In this document: positions 59,266 to 59,543 of the stretch, one piece after another | Position numbering within the stretch: the first letter of the stretch is position 1 | How the letters are laid out: every line of letters begins with the position of its first letter | Source: Candidatus Brocadiaceae bacterium | GTDB taxonomy: Bacteria > Planctomycetota > Brocadiia > SM23-32 | NCBI GenBank assembly: GCA_963805825.1 | Contig: CAWDVO010000027.1 | Coordinates: 1-59,543 of the forward strand | Direction of reading: 5' to 3' | DNA: 59,543 nt | Notes under the pieces: model-generated | Databases searched by the model: none | The model's input: the letters and a program-made list of their open reading frames with translations, nothing else | What the model was told of the DNA's origin: nothing | Made by a program: the position numbers and the translations under genes

Positions 59266-59543
59266 CAGCGTTCCCCTTTACGCACGGGTCGAGCCGGATC
59301 GCCGAGCGGGCCGGCGGTGCAGCGGTGAGGCGTCTCAGTTTGTACGCCAGTCCGGCGGGTGACCGGGGGTCCGAGAGCCGCCTCTCCACGCTCACCCGAA
59401 GAACTCGCCACAGGCCGGAGCACTCGGGCGTCTCGTCCAGACCTTGGTGGCCGCGTTGACGACGACCTGTAGCCCGGCCGCGCCATCCTGTCCAGCGGAC
59501 GGCGGGCGGGGCCGGACGGCATGCCCAAGTAGCTGCATCAGGG

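Noticed and set aside
1-59543. CRISPR arrays, rRNA or tRNA genes
   Set aside because: No regularly spaced direct repeats with unique spacers, no rRNA-like conserved blocks and no tRNA cloverleaf or T-loop (GGTTCGAATCC) signatures were found by eye. tRNAs cannot be fully excluded without tRNAscan.

Overview
High-GC (~68-70%) bacterial chromosomal window. Gene content (several sulfatases, hgcAB, PPi-phosphofructokinase, r-proteins with lineage-specific extensions, S14 type Z, no L30) suggests a PVC-type lineage (Planctomycetota/Kiritimatiellota-like); this is inference only. The backbone is housekeeping: a stand-alone EF-G paralog; trpBA; nadE; an almost complete S10-spc-alpha ribosomal protein cluster (rpsJ ... 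secY-adk-map-infA-rpmJ-rpsM-[methyltransferase]-rpsK-rpsD-rpoA-rplQ); trxA; a SEDS (FtsW/RodA) protein; a lipoyl E2 acyltransferase; hisG; rbfA-DUF503-infB-nusA; and pgsA. Embedded in this backbone are several notable elements. (1) A mercury-methylation gene pair, hgcA (cap-helix NVWCAAGK present) and hgcB, divergent from a PPi-PFK gene. (2) Two tandem paralogous XRE-HTH regulators with an uncharacterised six-cysteine C-terminal domain, divergent from two arylsulfatase genes. (3) A pilT / membrane-anchored GspE-like ATPase / CvpA-like / pgsA operon. (4) A DHFR-family gene inserted into the 5' end of a large FG-GAP beta-propeller gene, flanked by ~90-bp direct repeats; the N-terminal stub ORF appears translationally coupled to the inserted gene. 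(5) A low-GC islet holding a truncated MmeI-like type IIG R-M remnant and an HNH nuclease, bounded by a MITE/REP-like ~105-bp palindromic repeat that also occurs at ~0.84 kb. (6) Paired palindromic operator-like elements, DnaA-box-like GTCCAC clusters, tandem palindromes and a long CT/GA mirror hairpin. A striking technical feature is the number of single-nucleotide frameshifts (>=20), concentrated in the ribosomal protein genes rpsS, rpsC, rpsQ, rplE, rplF and secY, and in a GHMP-kinase gene that also carries an in-frame TGA. This most likely reflects indel-prone assembly rather than true pseudogenes for essential genes; the galK-like gene may be a real pseudogene. No rRNA, tRNA or CRISPR array was recognised.
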